The notes under the pieces were generated by a model. That model did not search any database. It was not told the origin of the DNA and saw only the letters and a program-made list of their open reading frames with translations. 20,000 nucleotides of DNA. It comes from Peribolospora baueri (lineage: Eukaryota). The translations under genes and the position numbers were made by a program. Location of the stretch: positions 170,332 to 190,331 of the forward strand of contig JAMDHS010000041.1 of the NCBI GenBank assembly GCA_029717555.1, read 5' to 3'. Below are positions 8,952 to 19,305 of the stretch, piece after piece. How positions within the stretch are numbered: the stretch's first letter is position 1; each line of letters opens with the position of its first letter.

Positions 8952-11900
8952 ATGTCCCACCCGCCCCCTTTGCCTCCCAAGGATGCAGTGACAGGAGGGT
9001 CAGTATCAGCAAAAGAAACAAGCGAGGAAGGGGGGATTGAAGGATCACACGATGCGGGAGATGAGCGAACGAGAGCGCCCGCCATCGGCGTGAGCGCCGG
9101 CAGCCGCACTCCCACCTCCCTCGACGTGCCTCCTTCCATCGAGATCCCCCAGGCGTCCTTATCCCCCTTGTCCATCTTTCCCTTGCCCACCCTGTCACCT
9201 GGCGAACCGCGCACCGACCTGCGGTACCTAGCGGATATGTCTCAGTATCGTTCCAGTGCTTCGACGACCCGTCCCACCCCTTTCCCTCCCTCTCAGACGC
9301 AGGCTATGGCGGCGGGTAGGTCCCCAATGCCACCGCCGCCCCCACCCGGTGCTCCTTTACCTCTCCCTCTCCCTCCACGGCCTCCGATGGCGGAGCTTCA
9401 GGGAAGCATGGCCGCAATGGCGGTCCAGTCGCCGAGCGATGGCCTCGCTAGCGACGCGCTGTCGCCTTCCGCCGACCACCTCCAAGCCGGTGCGGCAACC
9501 GTATCAGTGGCCGACGCAGCGCCGTCGGACAACAAGGGATCGTCGCCGCCACCACCTGCATATGGATCCCACGCCTTCCCCGAAAATCCACCTCCCTTTC
9601 AACCGGGGCGCTTCCCCCGCTGGCGAGGATGGCTTGAGAAGCGCGCTCTGGATCGAAGGTTGGGAGCCGAGCAGGACGCACAGGAGGGCTCCGGGCCGAA
9701 GCGAAAGCTCAGCTGGGGTCCCACTGTTGAACGCGGCATCAGCTTTAAGGGTCCCTCTCATCAAGGCCGTCCGGGGGGCTCTTCTTGCGATCAAGCACGA
9801 CCGCGCTCCCCACTTCACGTCACCTCCTTCGGCAGCCGGTTCATCCCTCAGCTCTCCTCGGCCCCTCTCTGCGCCGTGCCTCTCAGCGTGCCGCGCGGAC
9901 ATGGCACGGGGAGCAGCTATGAGGCGCTGCATGGCGGGAGAGAGAGGAAGGTGCTCGTCGTGGGCACCGTGGAAGGGCTTTGGGCGGTCGAGTTTCGAGA
10001 CGAGACGAGAGGGAGTGAGGAGATGATGATGGGTCGGGAAAGAAATCAGGAAAAGGGGTGGAACGGGCCTGTGCGATGCGTTCAGGTGGGTAACAGCGGC
10101 CTACGGGGCTATCCTTCTGTTTTAGCGCCTGCGCGGGCGAAGCAGTCTTTCTTACTCCCACCTTATCTCTTCTCGACCGCACTTGCCCAGGTCTGGTCTG
10201 GCCAAGGCGTCCATCAGCTCTCCGTGCTCCATTCTGCTGCACCGCCGAAGCCGGCGACCGCTTCACACCCTTTCGCCCTGGGAGAACCAGCCCCGTCGTC
10301 TCCCTCGCCAGCTTCCTCTATCCTGATCGCCCTTACCGTCCCTGTGCCTTCCGCCTCCCGCCTCACGAGTACCCTCAGCTCCTTCTCCTCCTCTCTTGCT
10401 GCTCAATTTTCCGAGGTATTCAAGCCCAAAGAGGAACGAGGGGGGGAGGCGCACGCTGGGTCTGGCAATGCCGGTCATGGAGATTGGGGTAAAAACGGAC
10501 CCTCCACGCCTCAGCGGACGAGTCAGGCGGCCATCCAGGCTTCCGGTGGAGGCACAGTTAGGATGTGGAACTTGGAGGCGATTAGGAGGGTAGTAGCATA
10601 CGCTCTCGATGAAGAGGTGAGCGGGAACAACGTAACAGCACTTGAAATCCGTCACGACCTTGCTTCCTCCACTTATGGCCCTTCGCTTCTCCCAGTCTCC
10701 TCGCCCCTTGGACCTCTCGGCCCGCTCGGAGGCGCAAGCCGCGTCAGACGACCGCAAGGGCAAATCGCTCGCTTCGGCCTTCCGCAAAGCTTGGTCGCAG
10801 ATCGGCGAAGGTCCGTACGGTCGTATGGACCGCGACGACAAGGCCGCAAAGGTTGCCGCCGCTCGCTCTCAAAGCCCCAAGGGAGGTGCGTCAGCTCGAG
10901 CGGAGAGGGCCAAGGCCTCGGAGTTTTTTGTGGAACCCTTGCCTCCAGGAGCAGGGGCCGCACAGAGCAAGCTCGCACAGCGCGCCCTCGAAGGTCACGC
11001 GACGGAGGGTGATGATGACTGGCTCATCTGGGGTGGTACCGGGGGCACCGCTGCGTCTTCGCCGGTTTCGCCGGTAATGATGCCCCAAGATCGCAAGCGC
11101 ATCTCCCTCGACGGCCTCACGCCGCCGCTTACCCCTCCGTTGCTCAGTCCAGGTGTACCGGGAAGGAAAAGGGTTAGTGGCTTCTTAGGCTCTTCCTCCC
11201 CTGAGCCGGAACCGAATCCGAGGGAGAGGGCGTACGCGAGAGCCCTGCGCCTTGCGCTCTCCAGTGTCCCCATCAGCAGTTCCGGCTCCAACCAGGGTAG
11301 CAGCTCGAGCTTGGAGTACGGTCCACACCTCGTCCAAGTCTCCACGCGATCCACACACCGTTCCACCAATCCCATGGTCGATCCTCTCGCGCGCCAATCC
11401 GAACTCGAAGCCGCAGGCTTCGCTAGCCGTCCCACCCCGACCGTGGACTCTGGACCGGGGCAGAAAGGCAAGGGCAAGGAGGATTTCGGCACTTCGGATG
11501 GAGAAGTCGCACCACAGGGCGTGAAGTGGGGAAAGCCTGTGCTCTTTTTCTCGGTACATCAGGAAAAGGGAGCGTGGTATCTTGCTCTGGCGACCAGCAA
11601 GACGGTGCTGCTATACGAAGCTGTCGAGCCGAAAGGCGAGGACAAAAGGGCATGGAGCTTTGTCAAGGTGGGCGAGCGGTTCCTTTTCGTCACTGGCTCG
11701 GTTGGCTGTCCCTTCGTGTTCAGATGACGCTTACCGTGTGTCGCCGGTTTGATCTTTTACGTTTCAGGAGCTCTATGCGCCTTTCCCTCCACGAACGATC
11801 TCCTTCCTCACAACGCAGACCACCGACCTAGGTCGCTCAGCTTCCACCGCCGGGCCACGAGGAGCCCAGGCCGCGTCCTCGCGACACAGTCGCACTGCGT

Positions 11901-13306
11901 CGACACCGGCCATGACCAACATTGGCTCAAGCTCGGCTTTGTACGGCCCCGGGGCTCTCCGACCTGGAGGGAGCATGCCACGGCGAGAAGACTTGAGCAT
12001 CCTCGTCACCTTTGGCAAGAGCGCTGTTCTCATCCGTCTCGCTGACTCGCAGGTGCGAGAGGTGGATCTGGCATCTACGAGCAGGCCTGGTAGCGTCATT
12101 TCATTCGATGGTGACGCCGGCTCGTCCGTCGCGTCTGGGTCGAGGACCAGAAGGCTCAGTGGCGGCGCGGCGAGCGTCGCTTCGAGTCACGCTGTTAATA
12201 AGGAGCACTGGCTTGCCGCTGAGATCGTGGAGGCCAAGCTTCGACCGGCGCCGCGGCGTCGCACTGGCGTGCAGCTCAGGGACGAAGTATTGCCACCAAC
12301 TGGTCGGCGTGACCAGGTCAGTCAACCGTCGGGGGCGAGGTCTGGACAACAGGAGGTGGATCCTCGTTTTCCACCTGGCGAGGCTCCACGTCGTGATGAT
12401 GGTCATGCTTTTGATGGGCAGGCGGGTGACGGTGGTGGTGCGGAAGATGGCTCAGACGGATGGACGTCCTCCGATGATGACAACGACGATGACGATGATG
12501 AAAACGGCGACGCAGCACGCGGATTTGATTCTTTCGCGGGCGGACGACGGTCACACCGATCCAGCCTGGGTGGGAAAGACAAGAGCATCAAGATGAGCGT
12601 ATGTCTCCTTACCAAGGGCCACCAGACCCAGGTGTTTCCTCTCCCTCTCGCGCCGGACATTTCCGAGAGCCGGCCGCTCAAGGTCGTTCGCTGGCAAGAG
12701 CCACCGACGAGATTGACTGCGTTCGCACGAATCGTGGACGTGCAGAGGCGCAGCGGGGCTGCGGCGTCGCGTGAGGCCGGTGGCGTAGGTGGAGGAGGTG
12801 GAACCGGGACTGGCTCGACGTCGGAAAATCATCAGGAGCGAAAGCAACGAGCGAGGACGTCGGGCAGTCACACGTCTTCATCCTCCTTGGCAGCTACGTT
12901 AACGGTGCTCCTAACTGTGGTCGCCTTCCTCCCCTCCCGTGTGGAGTTGCGTCGCACGATGATCAACGTAGAGGCACAGCTCCCTCCTCGACTCGCCTTT
13001 TCTCCCGGCTCCGGCACCTCTGCCGCTCTCAAGGAATTGCTCTCGTCTTCCGCACCCGTCGCTCCGGGCCTGCTAGCCCAGCCTGAGCTCTCGCTGAATG
13101 TGGAGACCGAGTTTGAGACGGGTATGCTCGTCACTGACGCAGAGCCGGAAAGCATGGCACCGAATTTGGGACGAGCAGTGGCTATGGGCATGGGCCCGTC
13201 GTGGGAGCGCAGCTCGCCAAATTCGAGTCTGAGGACGGGCGCCTGGGCTTGGGAGATGAAAGGCTGGGAGGACTGGAGGGTGTTGTGGATCGACGCGCAG
13301 AGTTGA
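8952..13306 (+). CDS. Large hypothetical protein (~1356 aa) with Pro-rich N-terminus and a probable divergent CNH (citron homology)-like beta-propeller
   Basis: Exons 8952-10085, 10191-10616, 10696-11667, 11768-13306 join in frame (4071 nt). Beta-strand-like blocks VLVVGTVEGLWAV, VWSGQGVHQLSVL, VRMWNLEAI, LFFSVHQEKGAWYLALATSKTVLLYE, FVKELYAPFPPRTISFL and VVRWQEPPTRL resemble CNH-domain segments. The gene model is more certain than the domain call. Confidence 0.7.
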
Positions 13307-13743
13307 TGGGGTGGTCCGACGTTGGCCGGTGATATGAGCTCTCCATGAGAGCTGTTCGTTTTCCTCCTTGACATTATGTTCGCTTTTGGGACTTTCGTCT
13401 TTCTTGCTTTCATTATCTCCTCTTTCTTTTCTTTTCCTTTTTTGTCGACGGACTTACTTTCGCGCATGAGTTTTCCTTCTAGTCTCGCCCCATCCCACCT
13501 TTCCTTGAGCTTGCAAGCGTCCTGACACTTTTTTCGCATGTCCTCTTCCTTCATCATCGCTGTTGTGACATCTCTTTTGGATTATACCGTACCAACCCAT
13601 CGCCTTCACTCGCACGGACCACGAGCTCGCCGCAGCTTGGGCCGGACGGAGCCCCACAATGAATTGACCACTCGAATTGAATTAAGCGAACAGCAACCAC
13701 TACCTCGACCGCGAGACCATTCCACCCGTTCACCCTGCTCGCA

Positions 13744-15598
13744 ATGCCCTCCCCGCCCGCCCTGCCTCGCGTAGGCGCCCACCTCCTTCTCTCCTTCCCA
13801 GCGCCTCAGGTGCTCCTCATCAAGCTGAACCGGCCCCAAGCCCTGAACGCCATGACGGACGCGTTGCAGGACGATATCAGGCGGACAATCGTTTGGGCTG
13901 AGCAGGAGCCGGAAGTCCGCGTTATGGTCCTCACCGGAGAGGGAAAGGCTTTGTGGGTTGCCACGGACGACCTTGTCCTCGAGTGGCATTTGAAGCTGCC
14001 CGATTGTCTCTTTTGGTGTCAAGCTGGTGCGGACACGCTGACGGGAAGTTTCACTTTCCTTTCGTACGTACCTCTTGTTTGCTGTGTCAGCTGCGCTGGG
14101 CAAGATCTCAAAGAGTAAGCTGAGTTCTCAGTATTACCACCAGGGTGTCGCGAGCACGAGCACGCGCCGGCCATTAGACGGAGGCTTGGCCAACCTCGTG
14201 CGTGCTCTGACTCACCAACTCCTTGTCGTCTGATCACCACTCGTCTTCTAGTTGGCTAGGCAGGTACACATCCAACCCAACTGCCTCTGCACAGATTGCT
14301 CGATCGTCCGATTCGATCAAGAAGGGCGGCTTTGGGAGTGTGAGTGCGAGGAGGATGAGCAAGCCCATGATCGCTGCCGTTGATGGTATCGCTATGGGAG
14401 GCGGGATGGAAATGGTGGTGAGTGATGCGAAAACTAATGAAACAGCATCTGTCGGTGTTGATCATTGTCTCTCTGCTTGACGCTTCCTTTCAACCCTTTT
14501 CAGGTCAATTGCGACCTTGTCATTGCCTCGTCCAGGTCTCGATTTGCTTTGCCTGAGGTGAGCAGATTCCTTCCCTTTCTTGTGGTACTGTGACACAGCG
14601 CTGGATGCCCATAGACTACTCGTCAATGCTAAGGCGCCATGGCAAGGAGACAAAGAACGACAGGCCCAAAGTCAACGTATACGTCATCAGCGGCGGAGAG
14701 CTCATAGAAGTTTGTACCACGCTCGACTACTTCAAAGCGATGAAGCAGACCACAGAGTTCTATGTCTGACCCTTAGGCGAAGGTCGCGTGAAACTTTGTG
14801 CTCTGCTTCACGACTCTGAAGTAGACAAATTTGCTGCTACCTACGTCCACGGACTCTCGGTAGCTCCATTGCTGATTACGTAGACGATGACCTTGGGGGC
14901 CTGTCGTTCTCTGCCTCCTTACCTGATACTGTGTGTAACGTCTTGCTCACTCGTTCTTACTATGCCTCATAGGTCTGCCGCGGCGTCATAGCGGCACAAG
15001 GGGCCATCCCTCGCCTTTCCCTGATCGCCGGACATCAGCGCGCAGCAGAACTGCTCTTGACTGGACGAGCGGTGAGCGCACAAGAGGCGCACGACAGGTT
15101 TCGGTTTGTGAACCAGGTCGTCTCCGTCGCCACCGGCGAGCGGGATGGTCATGAAAAGGTCGTCCGAGAAGCCTTGCGGTGGGCGGAGATGATCGGGAAG
15201 AACAGTCCTGATGCTGTTCAAACAACGGTGAGTAAGGGGGTGACAAACAGTCAACTTGATCGTACCTATTACCTTGCCTTATTTTTGCCGTCGAATATGT
15301 CCGTTTGTTTCCCCACGTTGCAGAAAACTGCGCTTCTTCTCTCCCTCGAGGAGAATGTCCATGATGCGACGATGGAGTGTTTGGAGTCGGAGGCCGCCCA
15401 GAAGCTATACGGAGGCGAAAACATGATGGAGGGGCTTAGGGCGTTCAAAGAGGTTGGTGCTTTCTCTTTACGCTGTCTTTTAGACGTCTCCTCCGAGGCA
15501 CGCTTCGGAGTTGCGCTTACGGACTTCCTTCGTCTGTTGCATGGTGTGTCGAGCAGAAGCGCGAGCCACGCTGGACAAAACCATTCTCCAAGCTCTAG
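13744..15598 (+). CDS. Enoyl-CoA hydratase/isomerase (crotonase superfamily), peroxisomal, ~292 aa
   Basis: Exons 13744-13952, 14091-14114, 14252-14417, 14504-14557, 14973-15227, 15324-15452, 15557-15598. Motifs LNRPQALNAM, LTGEGKAFCAGQDLK, KPMIAAVDGIAMGGGMEMV, CDLVIAS, FALPEV, ELLLTGR, EGLRAFKEKREPRW. Both catalytic Glu positions are present. The protein ends -FSKL* (PTS1). Confidence 0.92.
14641..14923. repeat. Long imperfect inverted repeat (fold-back) within intron 4 of the enoyl-CoA hydratase gene
   Basis: ggcaaggagacaaagaacgacaggccc (14641) pairs with gggcctgtcgttctctgcctccttacc (ends 14923). ctacttcaaagcgatgaagcagaccacagagtt (14727) pairs with aactttgtgctctgcttcacgactctgaagtag (ends 14824). 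The apex is gaccctt-aggcg-aaggtc near 14777. Confidence 0.9.
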
Positions 15599-16049
15599 AC
15601 ACGCCCTCGTGAATGCTATCAGAACACTCTGCCCGTTTGAATTTCAAATTTATCCAGTTTAAAGTCTACTTAGAGCGCTTCAGACGCGAGCATGTTGTGA
15701 GGGGTTGAAAACCGAGAAAGTCTTGTCAGCTCGTCGCACCATTCTCTCGAGTGAGTCCCCGAGCGACCTCGTTTCGGCCGAGGCCCCTTGCAATGGTGAA
15801 GAGTTCGGTTTGATCACAGGTCATTGTAACGTTGCGAAGAAGCAGAAAGGGCGGGGAAAAGATTCATCATTGGTTGCTGTCGCTTCCTAGCGTCCGTTTT
15901 GCTTTTCACGGTGATGCGTCTTTTAATGACGCTGACTGCGGCGAGGCACCAACCATGAACGTGCGACGTGAATCTTTCCGATCAAACGTCCACCATTTCT
16001 TCTTCTCCCACCATCAGCCGCCACTGCTCTCAGCAAGCCCCTGAGCGAC

Positions 16050-17960
16050 ATGGAGGTGGGCGCAGCAAGACGAATATCCTCATCATTTCAAATTGCAGCG
16101 CGCAGAGCGTCGCCCCGAAGAGCTCTCGGCCGACCACCGTCCTGTCATTCCCGTTCCACCTTCCTACCCTTGCCGCCTTCATATGCCGCCCCACTCTCCA
16201 CGTCTCGCTCTCGGCCAAGATCCTCTCAATCAGAGACGCGGTTGAAATGGTATCCCATTCCTCTTGGCTTGGGTATGGCCTTGTTGGTGATCACCCACGC
16301 GCGACACAAATGGAACAAGGAAAAAATAGTTGACGAGCGCGGAGAGGTCATCCGGCCAACCGGGCCGTGGTCCGTGAGTGCTGTGCTGCGCTTAGTTCAT
16401 AGCTTCATATCATGTGGCAAATGATCTAAAGATTTCCTTCTCTACCCTCCGACGATTCTCCCTCTTGCGATCAGGTTTATGTCATCGGCGCCCTTCCCCT
16501 CAACACCCTCTCCCGTGTCTGGGGATACCTGAACTCACTCACCCTCCCTATCTGGTTCAGGCCCTTTGGTTTCAAGCTTTACTCATGGGTCTTTGGCGTC
16601 AATTTGGATGAAATTGAGAACGATGATTTGACGAGCTACGATAGTTTGGGCACCTTCTTTTATCGCCGACTCAAGCCTGGCGCGAGGCCGATCGACAAGG
16701 AAGCTGCACTGGTGAGTCGGCGACTTCCGGAGGCTTCAGCGGTCGTCTTGATCTGTCTCGTTAATTTTTCTTTCCGAACTCCCTCCAGGTGTCGCCTGCG
16801 GACGGAACGGTGCTTCACTTTGGAAGTATAGAAGGAAGAAGGATTGAGCAGGTAAAGGGTGTGGCCTATTCCTTGGACGCATTCCTGGGCCTCGGATCCT
16901 CGCCGCCCGCCGAGAGAGGGGGCGGTGCCCGCATAGTGCAGTTCGACAACCGCGACCACGAACTCGTGGATGATGAGCGTTTCGCTTCCGTCAATGGCAT
17001 CGAATACTCGCTCGATCAGCTATTGGGCGACGAGCGGCGACTGGGTCAGCAGGACTCGCTCGCCAAGGGTTGGGCCAAGCTCAGTAGTTGGAGATGGTGG
17101 AGGAGTTGGATGTGGCGCGACGCGGGACAAAAGTTGGAGGACGCGGCGACGACAGACGCGGACACGCTCGCCGTCACACGGCCTGAGAAGCTCGGCCCAC
17201 CGGAGAGGGCGGCCGAAGAGGTGGATGCCAGCGTGGAGAGCCCAGACTCGGCGGAGAAGCTGGGCAGGTACGCCAGCGTGGCGTACGAGATGGGCACCGC
17301 CGCTTTGCCGCCTGTTTTACAGCCTCGCAGCCCCGGCAAGGAGGCGGTTCAGCCAGGGCACAAGCTGTTCTACACCGTCATCTATCTCGCGCCGGGTGAT
17401 TACCATCGATTCCATAGCCCCACGAACTGGGTCGTGGAGCGAAGACGGCACTTTCCAGGGGATCTCTACTCGGTCTCGCCCTGGATGGCTTCTCGACTCT
17501 CCAATTTGTTTGTCCTGAACGAGCGAGTTGCGCTGATCGGGAGGTGGAGATACGGCTTTTTCAGCATGATCCCCGTCGGCGCTACCAACGTCGGTAGCAT
17601 CAAGATCCACTTCGACAAGGTGGGTCGTCTTTCTTCCTCCAAGCTGGTGTTGTTGACGGTCGTCTGTATTCACGTTAAACGCTTTTGTACTCGTTTTTCT
17701 CGATGTACCAGGCGTTACGCACCAACACGGTCGACAAGCGTCCCCCTCTGGGCACCTTTTCCGAAGCATCCTACGCGGCTGCCTCTCGTGTTCTCGGTGG
17801 CCAGCCTTTGCCAGCGGGCGAAGAGATGGGAGGCTTCGGACTCGGCTCTACTGTCGTCCTCGTCTTTGAGGCTCCCGAATCATTCCGCTTTGTCGTCAAG
17901 CAGGGTCAACACGTTTGTGTCGGGCAGCCGATCGGGGTCGTCGAGGAGTCTTCCCGATAG
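16050..17960 (+). CDS. PSD1: Phosphatidylserine decarboxylase proenzyme, mitochondrial type, ~546 aa
   Basis: Exons 16050-16373, 16475-16711, 16789-17619, 17712-17960. Arg/Ser-rich presequence and a hydrophobic segment ([15 protein letters not shown]). Motifs [57 protein letters not shown], and the [15 protein letters not shown] autocleavage motif (LGST). Confidence 0.96.
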
Positions 17961-18556
17961 GCATAGAGCATGTTAGCCTGCAGTTGTATGCTCCTGTCAT
18001 TATCTAGTTTTGACCAGATTTGTACTCATACCGCGCACGAATCACGATATCTTAAGAGACATGATAAATCTGCCAAGTCGGGCTCCTACGATCAGGAGTT
18101 TTCGCGCAAGCGGCATCATTAACAGATCTCGAGCGAGACCGACGGTCTGCAAAACACACCTCAGTCAGCCTGTAAAAGCTGGACTGTAGTTCGTGGTACA
18201 TATAGGCAAAAGAACAGGAAAAGAGAGCGTCTATAGAAGGGAATTGGTAGTAAGCACATACGTGACGACGGCGATTCGTTAGTCGACCAGCCGACGTCGA
18301 TCGTCGATCACCGTCAGTGCAGTCGTCGATCGCGCCGATAAGAACTTCTTGCCGCCTGCGACCATCAGCAGCGTCCATGCTTCGGCATTGAAAGGGAAAG
18401 AGGTGAGTACAAGAAGGAACGAGTCGGCGCAAGGACAAGGTGGATGCCGTCGTGCGTCAACCTCGTTGAGTCTCCTTGGGCGTCGCTAACGACGGAGCAT
18501 TCCGCATCGTCGTCTCTATTTCCAATCTACCAAGACCAAGACGAGCAGTTGCAGAG

Positions 18557-19305
18557 ATGGTAAGCTCTGTCTTTGATGTCTCCCGCCCGTTTGCGCTCGT
18601 GACCGAAATCGTGTTTGGTGTTCCGTTCCCTCGGCTTTTTTGCTTCCCGTTTCTCATCGCCTGCTGCTGTCCACAATCACGTCCAGGCCCCCACCGAGCC
18701 GATCCCGCCGAACACGGCCAACTCGTTCTCCCTCCAAATCAAACACGCCAAGCAGACGCTTTTCATCATCGCCCTCTCCACCACGAGCGTTTCCGACGTC
18801 TTATCCCAAGCTGCGACTGCTCTGAGACAATTCGAGTCGGCAGAAGAGGGCAAAGGTGTCAAGGAGGAGGACATGGCCCTCTGGAGGGGTGAGCAGGTGG
18901 AGGATGGGTCTGGGCCTTTGGAGACGCGAGGCGGTACTGGGCTGGAAGGGGAGAAGGGAGGCCAATGGGTGTTCAAGATGTTCGAGAACCGGGCGGACAG
19001 CTTGAAGAAGGTCGGCATCGCGGAAAACGAGACCCTATTCTTGAGCTTTAAGGACGAGGACGGTGAGTGGCCCTCCATCGTCACCGTCGTCATCGTCCTG
19101 CCGTGCAGCTGCTCGAGGGCCACTTGTGGCGCAACCGCAGAAACTCACTCGTTCATTCACTTCCGTGTTGGCGCTCGCCTCTCATTGCCGTCTCTTGTTC
19201 TCTATCCCCTCGCCTCATGACATCACAGGCAACTTCCCAGCGCCCGTACCCGAGTTTCCGCCTCTGTATGACTACGAGGAAGGCGACGACGAGATGGCCA
19301 CGTAG
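18557..19305 (+). CDS. Small ubiquitin-fold protein resembling Elongin B, ~151 aa
   Basis: Exons 18557-18559 (ATG only, then GTAAGC), 18687-19062, 19229-19305 join in frame. FSLQIKHAKQTLFI...TTSVSDVLSQAATAL...EDMALWR...SLKKVGI...TLFLSFKDEDGNF..P.PEFPPLYD parallels the Elongin B layout. Confidence 0.65.

Noticed and set aside
14727..14824. Box C/D snoRNA reading of the inner hairpin (terminal stem, GCGATGA, CTGA)
   Set aside because: The C box is imperfect, the would-be guide regions are fully self-paired, and the stem is part of a much larger inverted repeat. An Infernal or snoscan run would be needed to exclude it completely.
18147..18195. LQSSFYRLTEVCF on the minus strand, reminiscent of small Tim proteins
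   Set aside because: There is no twin CX3C motif, and the segment overlaps a likely intron 3' end.
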